Shown here: positions 9,431 to 18,134 of the stretch, in pieces
Position numbering within the stretch: position 1 is the first letter of the stretch
Layout: each line of letters starts with the position of its first letter
Assembly: GCA_964371195.1 (NCBI GenBank)
Contig: CAYJLD010000002.1
Span: 159-64,158 of the forward strand
Length of the DNA stretch: 64,000 nucleotides
Direction of reading: 5' to 3'
DNA from: an uncultured Desulfovibrionaceae bacterium
GTDB lineage: Bacteria; Desulfobacterota; Desulfovibrionia; Desulfovibrionales; Desulfovibrionaceae
The notes under the pieces: generated by a model
Seen by the model: the letters and a program-made list of their open reading frames with translations, nothing else
What the model was told of the DNA's origin: nothing
The model's database searches: none
Position numbers and translations under genes: made by a program

Positions 9431-10645
9431 ATGAAGATTATATTTTTGCCTCAGCATTTTCCAGGGCCTTTTCGCTATACAGCTGCAAGACTTGCAGCAG
9501 ATAAAAGCAATAAAGTTATTTTTATAACTGACCGTTCGCGCCGTGATGTGCGTATACCTGGAGTTAGGCGAATTCTTATATCAATTCCTCAAGGACCACA
9601 TATTGCTGATCGCGCTGAACATGAAGCTGTGCGCTCCATTAAAAGAGGAACACAAATTGCTAATGCCTTGCTACACCTAAAAAACACAGGGTTCATACCG
9701 GATATTATAATAGGTAATGCCGGATATGGTTGCAGTCTTTATGCTAAGGACATTTTTCCTGATGCTTTTTTAGCTATCTATGCCGATGGCTATCAAGGTA
9801 GCAGTAGTATGTTAACCACCTTAAAGCCACGCCATGCCTATCCAACAGTTAACTTTTCCCCTGAGCGTGTGCGTAATTTATTTCAATGGGATGCTTTTAA
9901 TGATTGCCAAATGGCTTTTACATCTACAAATTGGCAAAAATCTCTTTATCCAAAATCGCTAACCAAGCAAATTCAAGTGCTACACGAAGGCATTGATACA
10001 CAATTTTTTAGCCCAAAACCAGGACAAAAATTTTGTATAGAAGGTTGTGATTTATCTCATGTTGATGAACTTGTAACCTTTTCTGGGCGCAGTATTGATA
10101 CTAGACGTAACTTCCCACAATTTTTACATAGTATACCTCAAATACTTATAGAAAGACCAAATTGCCATGTGGTAGTTATGGCAGGTTCGCAAGAAAGAGA
10201 ATCAGCAATTGACGCATCTTGGTCAGAATTATTATTTAATAAATATGATGTAGATAAAAATCGTGTGCACTTTCTTAGCTTTAGACCATATAAAGATTAT
10301 CGAATGATGCTTCAAGCTTCTTCTGTGCACGTATTCTTATCCACACCAAACGCACTTTCCACAGGACTTTTTGAAGCCATGAGTTGCGGTTGCCTTGTAA
10401 TTGCTGGGGATACTGACCCAGTGCGTGAAGTCATAGAGCATGGGCGTAATGGATTTTTATATGATATTTGGAATGCTGAATCCTTGACCCAAACTATTAT
10501 TGGAGTGTTAAGCGCATATAAACGCATGGAAACATTGCGTGATCTTGCACGTCAAGAAATGTGCAAATCATATGATTCACATACGCAAACCGAACACAAT
10601 GTTCAAAGCATTTTACAAAACTATGCTAAATGGAAAAAAAAGTAA
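9431..10645 (+). CDS. GT4-family (GT-B) glycosyltransferase
   Basis: C-terminal GT1/GT4 signature FEAMSCGCLVIAGDTDPVREVIEHGRNGFL (E-x7-E-type motif). 404 aa. Confidence 0.8.
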   Translation: MKIIFLPQHFPGPFRYTAARLAADKSNKVIFITDRSRRDVRIPGVRRILISIPQGPHIADRAEHEAVRSIKRGTQIANALLHLKNTGFIPDIIIGNAGYGCSLYAKDIFPDAFLAIYADGYQGSSSMLTTLKPRHAYPTVNFSPERVRNLFQWDAFNDCQMAFTSTNWQKSLYPKSLTKQIQVLHEGIDTQFFSPKPGQKFCIEGCDLSHVDELVTFSGRSIDTRRNFPQFLHSIPQILIERPNCHVVVMAGSQERESAIDASWSELLFNKYDVDKNRVHFLSFRPYKDYRMMLQASSVHVFLSTPNALSTGLFEAMSCGCLVIAGDTDPVREVIEHGRNGFLYDIWNAESLTQTIIGVLSAYKRMETLRDLARQEMCKSYDSHTQTEHNVQSILQNYAKWKKK

Positions 10646-10671
10646 TAGTATCTTCAGATAAACAATAATAT

Positions 10672-11355
10672 ATGCATCATATAGCCCTAATGCAAACAAA
10701 ATTAGTGCCGAAGAGCTTGCTAATCCTTATTGCCATGAGCATGTTTTTTTTCATGTCTTCATGGCATATGGCGTATGGTGCGGAGGCAAAAAAAAGTGAT
10801 CGGGTAAAACTTTTTGGTTCCATTGAGTTTAGAGGTACATTAAAAGGCCTACCTCAATGGTTAAAGGTTCAAGATAAGCATAACAAAAATGACATACTTC
10901 AAAATGGTGTAAAACTTAATGCTGGAACAACTTGGGAAGGATTAAAAGCAAAGGTTGAAGGAAAACCATTAATAGAGCAAATAAAAATTGTAAATTCCTT
11001 TTGGAATCAATGGCCTTATAAGCAGGATTCCGCACTTTATAAAGCTCCGGACTATTGGGCTGCACCATATGAATTTAGAAAACGGTCCGGAGATTGCGAA
11101 GACTATGCTATTACTAAATATTTTACCCTGCGCGCTCTAGGAGTGCCCATGGAAAAATTACGAATAGTAGTTGTTAAAGACTCAATTTTAAATCTTGCTC
11201 ATGCCATCCTTGCTGTCTATATTGATGGAGATGCATATATATTGGATAATCTTTCAAGAAACGTACTTTCTCATACGAGAATACGCAACTATATACCTCA
11301 ATATTCTGTCAATGAAAAGAATAGATGGATGCATGTAATGCCCAAAAAAAAATAA
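10672..11355 (+). CDS. periplasmic bacterial transglutaminase-like cysteine protease (BTLCP, LapG family)
   Basis: Signal/TM LLILIAMSMFFFMSSWHMAYGA. Candidate C-H-D triad: SGDCEDYAITKY (Cys codon 11095..11097), LAHAILAVY, AYILDN. The 227-aa size is typical for LapG. Confidence 0.85.
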   Translation: MHHIALMQTKLVPKSLLILIAMSMFFFMSSWHMAYGAEAKKSDRVKLFGSIEFRGTLKGLPQWLKVQDKHNKNDILQNGVKLNAGTTWEGLKAKVEGKPLIEQIKIVNSFWNQWPYKQDSALYKAPDYWAAPYEFRKRSGDCEDYAITKYFTLRALGVPMEKLRIVVVKDSILNLAHAILAVYIDGDAYILDNLSRNVLSHTRIRNYIPQYSVNEKNRWMHVMPKKK

Positions 11356-13464
11356 ATGGAGATGGCTATGTACGAAGAACATAACGACTTACTTTCAAAT
11401 GATACCCAAAGTAGTAAGAAAAAATCACGACTGGCTCTTTTTGTGGGTGTAGTTTTAGTTTTTTGTGGTGTAACAGCCCTTATTTGTCATACTTTTTATA
11501 GCGCACAAAAAAATGATATATTAGCCACTCAAGAAGAACGCCTCATGCTCACTGCTGAAGCAGCTATGGAAAGTATACGCCTTTGGGGAGTAAGCCTTGA
11601 TAGTCAAGCACGCCGTGTTAGCGAGTCAGAATTATACCGCATGTTTGCTCAAGATATTGCGCAAGTTGATGAGCAAAAAGCTGGTATGCTAAATGACCCA
11701 AATGCTACTAATATACTTGATGAAGACATAGCTTTTTTGGCCGAACAAATACCAATGATGCGTACCATCTTATTAGATTTTATGAATTATAATGGACTTC
11801 AAGATGCAAGACTTGTAAGCCCAGATGGCAAAACATTACTTTCATCCTTAGCAAGGCCAATACCTATTCAAGAAGAGCAAGCTAATGCAGTGCGTAAAGC
11901 TGCTGAAACAAATAAAACTACTTATGCCCCTATTCGCCCATCTTCTACCGGACTAGTGCTAGACTACGCTACTCCATTATTACCAGCCATGCTAAGTGAT
12001 GAAAAAGCAAAGCCTGTGGGTGCATTTTTGCTTAGTGTTCCTGTTACAGGGCAAATTGCAAACTTTACCTCTCGCGGCTCTGGTGCATCACATCGAGAAA
12101 TACAAAGTAATATATTACAATATGATGGAAAGCAGTGGGAAGTTATACGTCCAGATAGCACCCAATCTATTCCAGCTGATTTTAAACTTAATGCGGACAC
12201 AAAGTCCATACCCTTTGCTAAACGTATTGATGTAAGTGGCAAAGAAGAAGTTTATTCTGCAGGTATCTTAGTGCCTAATATTGGTTGGTTAGTAGTAGAA
12301 GAGTTACCAGCTAGCATTGTTGATACACAATTAAATCGAGCTTTTAATCTAGTATATGGAGCTGGGGCATTTTTATGTTTAAGTGTATTGCTTATGTTAG
12401 CTTTAGTTTGGTGGATAATGATTGGGCGTGAACAGCGCAGTGTTGCACAAAAATTTAGACAACTATATCAAGTAATCAGACAACAAAAACATTTATTGGA
12501 CAGCATTAATATTTCTCTTGATGTAGGACTTATGATGGTTGATGTTAGCGGAAAATTACATCTTGTAAATCGTGCTTTTGCGCTCATTGTTGGCAAAAAA
12601 GAAGATGAGTTACAAGGTCAAAATCTGCACAGTATTATGCCTGACAATGTGGCCTTGCAAGTACAAGAAGCTGTAGCTAGTGTATCTAATAGCAATGAAT
12701 CTAAAAGCATTGAGATTAAATTAACCCTACAAGGTGAAGAAAGACTGTTTCGCGCAACTCTATTCCCCTTTGAAGATAAAGAAGATGGAAGCACCAGTGC
12801 CGCTGTTATAACCATTCAAGATATTACTGAATTCCGTAGAAGTAGTGAGAAGCGTAATAAGCAACAAATGAGTACCATTGAGGCATTGGTAAGCACCATT
12901 GAGCGTGTTGACCCATATTTAGCAGGTCACTCCACTTTGATGCGACGCCTTGCTGAGCTAGTAGCCGATAACATGAACCTTGACCCCAAGGATAAGGACA
13001 CCATCACTACGGCTGCTGTATTATCACAAATTGGTAGAATATTTGTTCCGCGTGACTTGCTTGCAAAAACCGATAAGCTAACCCCAGAAGAACAAGCTGA
13101 AATAGCTAAAATTCCTGAATATGCTTACAACATTCTTAGCACCATTGATTTTGGCAATCCAGTTCCAGCGGCTGTGGTGCAAATGAATGAAAAACTAGAC
13201 GGTTCCGGCACACCACACCATTTATCAGGCGACGCCATATCGTTGCATGGGCGCATTCTTGGTGTTATTAACACCTTCTGCGCCATGGCAAGCCCACGCG
13301 CTTTCCGAGCAGGATTGCCCATGGACGTAGCCCTTGGTATACTGCGCAAGGATAACCAAGCTTATGACCAACAAATTGTTGAAAATTTAGCAACTGTGCT
13401 TACCAGCTCCCAAGGTGCTGAAGCCATAGCCGCACGCCTTGCAGAAGTAACAGCTGAAAAATAA
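11356..13464 (+). CDS. transmembrane receptor: TM - periplasmic domain - TM - PAS - degenerate HD-GYP (LapD-analogue candidate, paralog 2)
   Basis: Same architecture as 7346..9418: TM1 LALFVGVVLVFCGVTALICHTF, TM2 GAGAFLCLSVLLMLALVWWIMIG, PAS LLDSINISLDVGLMMVDVSGKLHLVNRAFALIV. Degenerate motifs are AAVLSQIGRIFVP and QMNEKLDGSGTP. The ATG abuts the protease stop (TAAATG). Confidence 0.7.
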   Translation: MEMAMYEEHNDLLSNDTQSSKKKSRLALFVGVVLVFCGVTALICHTFYSAQKNDILATQEERLMLTAEAAMESIRLWGVSLDSQARRVSESELYRMFAQDIAQVDEQKAGMLNDPNATNILDEDIAFLAEQIPMMRTILLDFMNYNGLQDARLVSPDGKTLLSSLARPIPIQEEQANAVRKAAETNKTTYAPIRPSSTGLVLDYATPLLPAMLSDEKAKPVGAFLLSVPVTGQIANFTSRGSGASHREIQSNILQYDGKQWEVIRPDSTQSIPADFKLNADTKSIPFAKRIDVSGKEEVYSAGILVPNIGWLVVEELPASIVDTQLNRAFNLVYGAGAFLCLSVLLMLALVWWIMIGREQRSVAQKFRQLYQVIRQQKHLLDSINISLDVGLMMVDVSGKLHLVNRAFALIVGKKEDELQGQNLHSIMPDNVALQVQEAVASVSNSNESKSIEIKLTLQGEERLFRATLFPFEDKEDGSTSAAVITIQDITEFRRSSEKRNKQQMSTIEALVSTIERVDPYLAGHSTLMRRLAELVADNMNLDPKDKDTITTAAVLSQIGRIFVPRDLLAKTDKLTPEEQAEIAKIPEYAYNILSTIDFGNPVPAAVVQMNEKLDGSGTPHHLSGDAISLHGRILGVINTFCAMASPRAFRAGLPMDVALGILRKDNQAYDQQIVENLATVLTSSQGAEAIAARLAEVTAEK

Positions 13465-13495
13465 ATAATGTAAATGTATATACGCTAAATTCTAT

Positions 13496-13532
13496 GGGGG
13501 AACCTTTTTTGCAAACAAAAAAGAGTTCCCCC
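13496..13532. terminator. bidirectional hairpin terminator between convergent genes
   Basis: GGGGGAACCTTTTTTG / CAAAAAAGAGTTCCCCC long stem with internal A/T runs on both arms. Lies between the + gene ending at 13464 and the - gene ending at 13585. Confidence 0.6.
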
Positions 13533-13584
13533 AGACTCACTCCAGAAAAACTCTAATATATAATCACATGTTATATATACTATA

Positions 13585-14172
13585 CTAGCTATCAGCAGCA
13601 GTGCGCAAGCTTTGCCATAGTGCATCAAGCCCAAGTCTTGTACTTGATGAAGTAACAATGGGCACAGTACCATTTAGCAGCTTAGCCCATTGATTTTGAC
13701 GCATAGCACGTTCTTTTTGTTTACACTTATCACCCTTAGTTAGAATGGGTAAGAGTGGTATCTGATGATTTAGTGCAAATTCAACCAATTGTACATCAAG
13801 TTTTTGTGGATCTAGGCGGCAATCAAGCAATATGGCAAGGGCTTTTAGCTCTTCACTTGTAGTCAGGTAACTTTGCATGAGCTGACCCCATTTTTGACGC
13901 TCAGTTTTGCTACAACGCGCATAACCATACCCTGGCAAATCAACAATATAGAAGTTATCAGGTTCAGCTTTATAAAAATTAAGTGAACGAGTCTTACCGG
14001 GGGTTGCACTAATTTTAGCTAATGACTTTCTACCAGCAAGAGCATTGACCAAGGATGATTTACCCACATTAGAGCGACCAGCAAGGGCAATTTGTGCTAT
14101 ACCATGGGTAGATGCGGTGGTAATTTGTTCAAAAGTATAGGCAGTTGCCTCTAAAATCAAAGTAGATTGCAT
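13585..14172 (-). CDS. engB: ribosome-biogenesis GTPase EngB/YihA
   Basis: G1 [15 protein letters not shown]3 DLPGYGYA, G4 TKGDK. The ORF track starts at 14223, but the internal ATG at 14172 (MQSTLILEA...) gives the usual length. Confidence 0.85.
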   Translation of the reverse strand: MQSTLILEATAYTFEQITTASTHGIAQIALAGRSNVGKSSLVNALAGRKSLAKISATPGKTRSLNFYKAEPDNFYIVDLPGYGYARCSKTERQKWGQLMQSYLTTSEELKALAILLDCRLDPQKLDVQLVEFALNHQIPLLPILTKGDKCKQKERAMRQNQWAKLLNGTVPIVTSSSTRLGLDALWQSLRTAADS

Positions 14173-14307
14173 ATGCTTTCTCGTAGGCTTTAACTTGACA
14201 ATATAGTAAAAATACGCAAACATCCGGCGTCTAAATCGACGTTTTCAACACTTTATTAATTATATACAACAATTATATTTGTCGCAAGGTAAATAGCGAG
14301 CAAAATT

Positions 14308-14745
14308 ATGAAAATTCTTATTATAAATGGTCCAAATCTAGGAGCACTTGGTATACGCCAACCGCAGATTTATGGAACTCAAACTATGAATGTTGTGCCT
14401 GATTTGGTACAAAAATTAGTGCAAAAACCTGTAGAGTTAGAATTTTTTCAGTCAAATTCAGAAGGCGCTCTTATAGATAGAATTGAGCTTGCACGTAAAG
14501 AACAAATACAAGGCATTGTATTAAATGCCGGTGCTTATACACATACAAGCCTAGCACTTGCAGATTGCTTAGCTTGGGTGGAAATTCCTTGTGTTGAGGT
14601 GCATTTAAGTAATGTTTTAGCAAGGGATGAGAAAATTAGGCAAACAAGCTATATTGGAAAACACGTTATAGGCGTTATTGCCGGATTTGGGATAATGAGT
14701 TATGCTTTGGCTGTTCAAGCCTTGGTTGAGCATATAAACAATTAG
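14308..14745 (+). CDS. aroQ: type II 3-dehydroquinate dehydratase
   Basis: INGPNLG, QSNSEGALID, AYTHTSLALAD and EVHLSNV motifs. 145 aa. Confidence 0.9.
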   Translation: MKILIINGPNLGALGIRQPQIYGTQTMNVVPDLVQKLVQKPVELEFFQSNSEGALIDRIELARKEQIQGIVLNAGAYTHTSLALADCLAWVEIPCVEVHLSNVLARDEKIRQTSYIGKHVIGVIAGFGIMSYALAVQALVEHINN

Positions 14746-14757
14746 TTAGGAGTTAAT

Positions 14758-15315
14758 ATGTATTCTACAACTGATTTTAGAAAGGGCCTAAAAATAGAAA
14801 TTGACGATACCCCTTTTGAAATATTAGACTTTCAACACTTTAAACCTGGTAAGGGCGGAGCAATGATACGCACAAAGTTGCGTAATATTTTAAATGGCCG
14901 TGTAGTAGATAACACCTTCCGCTCAGGTGAAAAGGTTGCTCGTCCAGATTTAGAAACACGCGATATGCAATTTCTATATCGTGAAGGTGATGAACTAATT
15001 TTTATGGATATGACCAGCTATGAACAATTACAAATGAAGGAAGAAATTACTTCTGGTAAAGCAGGTTTCCTTAAAGATGGTCAAGAATGTCGTGTGCTTT
15101 TGTATAAGGGAAATCCATTGGACATTGATATTCCGGTGTCCTTAGTATTACAAGTTGTTGCCACAGAGCCAGGGGCTAAGGGTGATACTGTAAGTAATGT
15201 AACCAAACCTGCTACTCTTGAAACTGGACTAGTCATACAAGTGCCTATATTTGTTAATGAAGGCGATAATGTAAAGGTTGATACACGTAGTAAAGAATAT
15301 TTAGGTCGCGAATAA
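14758..15315 (+). CDS. efp: elongation factor P
   Basis: [43 protein letters not shown] is the hallmark EF-P N-terminus including the KPGKG loop. 185 aa. Confidence 0.95.
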   Translation: MYSTTDFRKGLKIEIDDTPFEILDFQHFKPGKGGAMIRTKLRNILNGRVVDNTFRSGEKVARPDLETRDMQFLYREGDELIFMDMTSYEQLQMKEEITSGKAGFLKDGQECRVLLYKGNPLDIDIPVSLVLQVVATEPGAKGDTVSNVTKPATLETGLVIQVPIFVNEGDNVKVDTRSKEYLGRE

Positions 15316-15357
15316 TCTTATAATTATACACAAACAGTGCCTTAGCACAAGGAGGAT

Positions 15358-17574
15358 ATGCTTACGGACATGCGCAAGCTAGCCCGTGAGTTTTTTGGGC
15401 TATTCCTACTTTTTTTTGCATTATTGGTGCTTTTAAGTCTTATAACACATAGTTCTACGGACCCAAGCATCAATCATGTTATTAGCAATGACGTTACCAT
15501 ACAAAATAATGCTGGTTTACTTGGAGCATATCTTTCCGGCATATTAAATGATGTTTTTGGCATTGCGTCTTATGTATGGCCCTTAGTTTTTGGGGCAGTA
15601 GGGGTTGCTTGTATTTCCACACTTTATGAGCTTGTATGGTGGAGATGGCTTGGTTACTTTTTACTAACCTTATGCTTGTTATGTGTTGGTGCCGCCTTTA
15701 ACATTAACTTTGGAGATGTAGAAGGTGGTGGCATGCTTGGTAGGGCCATCTATCAAAATGCTGCTTTATTATTAAGCCCTAGCGGTTCAGCGCTCATGTG
15801 GTTTTTCTTGTTTATCTTGGGCACACAATTATCCTTTGGTATATCTTGGTTTAATTTATTAAAAAAAGTTGGCTTTAAACTTAAGGATAGAACACCACAT
15901 ATTGCTTGGCCTCAAATTAAAATACCTGAAAGCATAAAAAATATTTTCAAGCCCAAGGTAAAAGATCAAACCTTACCTGATGTAATGGTTGATGATAACT
16001 ATATAAACGCTGAGCAAGAAGTTGAAGAAATAGAGCAAGATATACTCATTATCCCTAATGATGACAATGATACAAAAGAGCATGATTACTCACCTAATGA
16101 GCAAGTAAGCATGCTTGAGCAAAAGCAAGCAATACCCAGTAAACCCCGAAACAAAAAGGTAGCACTTCCACCAATTACCTTATTACAAGGTGCTGGTCCT
16201 GCATCACCAACTGCTAAAGAAGAAATGGAAGAGCGAGGTCAACGCCTTATGGTATGCCTTACTGACTTTGGCATTCAGGGTGAGTTGGTGCGTATTACGC
16301 CTGGACCAGTGGTGACCATGTATGAAGTGCGGCCAGCCGCTGGGGTTCGGGTTAATCGCATTGCCAACTTAAATGATGACCTAGCTTTAGCACTTAAGGC
16401 TATTGCTGTACGTATCCAAGCTCCTATACCTGGATCTGATACTGTGGGCATTGAAATACCTAATGCCAAGCGCGGCATGGTAAACTTTCGTGAAATTCTT
16501 GAATCGAACGCCTTTACACGTGGAGCTGGCCCATTAAGTATGGCCCTAGGTAAAGACATAGCTGGTAACCCATTTGTATATGATTTATCACGCATGCCAC
16601 ACTTATTAGTAGCTGGAGCTACTGGGGCTGGTAAAAGTGTTGGCCTAAATTCTATTTTATTAAGCTTGCTCTATACAGCTTACCCAGAAGATATGCAGCT
16701 TTTACTTATCGACCCAAAGCGTATAGAAATGGCGATTTATGCAGATTTACCCCACTTAGTCCACCCTGTTGTAACTGAAATGCATTTAGCCAAAACCGCT
16801 CTTGATTGGGCCGTTAATGAAATGGAGTCACGCTATTCGGCCATGGCGCGCCTAGGAGTACGTAATATTGCAAGCTACAATCAAAAAATTGCCGCCTTTG
16901 GTGACTCAAAACCACAAGATGTAGCAAACTTAGAGCATATGCCATACCTTGTTATTATTATTGATGAACTTGCAGATCTTATGCTTACAGCAGCACGTGA
17001 AGTTGAAACAAGCATTGTTCGTCTAGCTCAGCTTGCAAGGGCAGCTGGTATTCATATGGTTCTTGCAACTCAGCGCCCAAGTGTGGATGTAGTAACCGGA
17101 CTCATCAAGGCTAATTTTCCTTGTCGTATATCTTTTCAAGTAAGCAGTAAGCACGACTCACGCACAATTTTGGATACCGTGGGAGCTGAGCACTTGCTTG
17201 GCAAGGGTGATATGCTCTTTAAGCCCAGCGGTGGACGTCTTATGCGCCTTCATGGTCCATTTGTGCCCGATGAAGAAGTACAAGCGGTGGTAGAGCATTG
17301 GAAAAAGCAATTACCTCCATCTTATAAAGTAGATTTTTCAGACTGGGGTAATACAGTAAGTGAAAATAGCGCTTCAGCCATAGGTGGAGAGCAAGATCCC
17401 CTATCTGATGAAGTGCGTAGCTTTGTTCAAGAGCAAGGTAAAGCATCCATTTCCCTAATCCAGCGTCGTTTCAAAATTGGGTTTAACCGCGCTGCAAGGC
17501 TTATGGAACAATTGGAACATGAAGGCATCATTGGTCCAGCTGATGGCAGTAAACCACGTAGCGTTATAAGATAA
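15358..17574 (+). CDS. ftsK: DNA translocase FtsK
   Basis: N-terminal multi-TM region and an acidic linker. Walker A GATGAGKSV, Walker B IIIDELADL, and C-terminal gamma winged helix SISLIQRRFKIGFNRAARLMEQLEHEGIIGP. GGAGG RBS before the ATG. Confidence 0.9.
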   Translation: MLTDMRKLAREFFGLFLLFFALLVLLSLITHSSTDPSINHVISNDVTIQNNAGLLGAYLSGILNDVFGIASYVWPLVFGAVGVACISTLYELVWWRWLGYFLLTLCLLCVGAAFNINFGDVEGGGMLGRAIYQNAALLLSPSGSALMWFFLFILGTQLSFGISWFNLLKKVGFKLKDRTPHIAWPQIKIPESIKNIFKPKVKDQTLPDVMVDDNYINAEQEVEEIEQDILIIPNDDNDTKEHDYSPNEQVSMLEQKQAIPSKPRNKKVALPPITLLQGAGPASPTAKEEMEERGQRLMVCLTDFGIQGELVRITPGPVVTMYEVRPAAGVRVNRIANLNDDLALALKAIAVRIQAPIPGSDTVGIEIPNAKRGMVNFREILESNAFTRGAGPLSMALGKDIAGNPFVYDLSRMPHLLVAGATGAGKSVGLNSILLSLLYTAYPEDMQLLLIDPKRIEMAIYADLPHLVHPVVTEMHLAKTALDWAVNEMESRYSAMARLGVRNIASYNQKIAAFGDSKPQDVANLEHMPYLVIIIDELADLMLTAAREVETSIVRLAQLARAAGIHMVLATQRPSVDVVTGLIKANFPCRISFQVSSKHDSRTILDTVGAEHLLGKGDMLFKPSGGRLMRLHGPFVPDEEVQAVVEHWKKQLPPSYKVDFSDWGNTVSENSASAIGGEQDPLSDEVRSFVQEQGKASISLIQRRFKIGFNRAARLMEQLEHEGIIGPADGSKPRSVIR

Positions 17575-17709
17575 AACTATTATTATTAAATAGTTATATT
17601 TTTCATTCCTATAAATAACTTGCTAAGAACATCTTAATATGCTAGGCGTTGCTGTAGTTAGCATGAAATATACAAATTATTTAAGTGGTTTTAAAGTTGT
17701 GGGGAACAT

Positions 17710-18102
17710 ATGGTCTATGACAACCTTTCTGCCCTAAATGCCTTTTCCAATGGCATGGCTGTTAGTGCGCATAATATTGCCAATGTTAGCACGCCCAACT
17801 TCACAAGTTGGGAGTATCACTATGGTGCAGGTCCTGGCGGTACTGTGCAATTGCAAGTCAACAATAGCCCCATTCGTCTAGATAATGCCGATGCCTTAAA
17901 CCCACTACCACCCACCTTTAATGAAAGTGAAACCATTGGTATGGCTAATAATACTGTTGACTTAGCTACCGAATTTACTCACCAAATTTCCACCCAAAAT
18001 GCCTTTGAAGCCAATGCCATAGCCATACGCAGTCGTGATGAAATGTATGACAGCCTTTATCATCAAACATATGGCCCTGGCCTTATATCATACCGAGTAT
18101 GA
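17710..18102 (+). CDS. small flagellar basal-body rod-like protein (FlgB/FlgC-type N- and C-terminal motifs)
   Basis: The N-terminal segment GMAVSAHNIANVSTPNFTS resembles the rod-protein ANNIAN..T.GF motif. The C-terminal segment DLATEFTHQISTQNAFEANAIAIRSRDEMYDSL resembles the rod C-terminal helix. No other flagellar gene is nearby. Confidence 0.5.
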   Translation: MVYDNLSALNAFSNGMAVSAHNIANVSTPNFTSWEYHYGAGPGGTVQLQVNNSPIRLDNADALNPLPPTFNESETIGMANNTVDLATEFTHQISTQNAFEANAIAIRSRDEMYDSLYHQTYGPGLISYRV

Positions 18103-18134
18103 TTTTTCATAACTAGCTAGTAATAAGGACAACT

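Noticed and set aside
11344-11352. A9 tract at the LapG-type gene stop / receptor-2 start as a slipped-strand phase switch
   Set aside because: It encodes the terminal KKK. A +1 or -1 slip only lengthens the protease tail by about 11 or about 37 residues and does not fuse or silence either gene. Similar Lys-run ends occur elsewhere in this AT-rich genome (for example 10633..10640).
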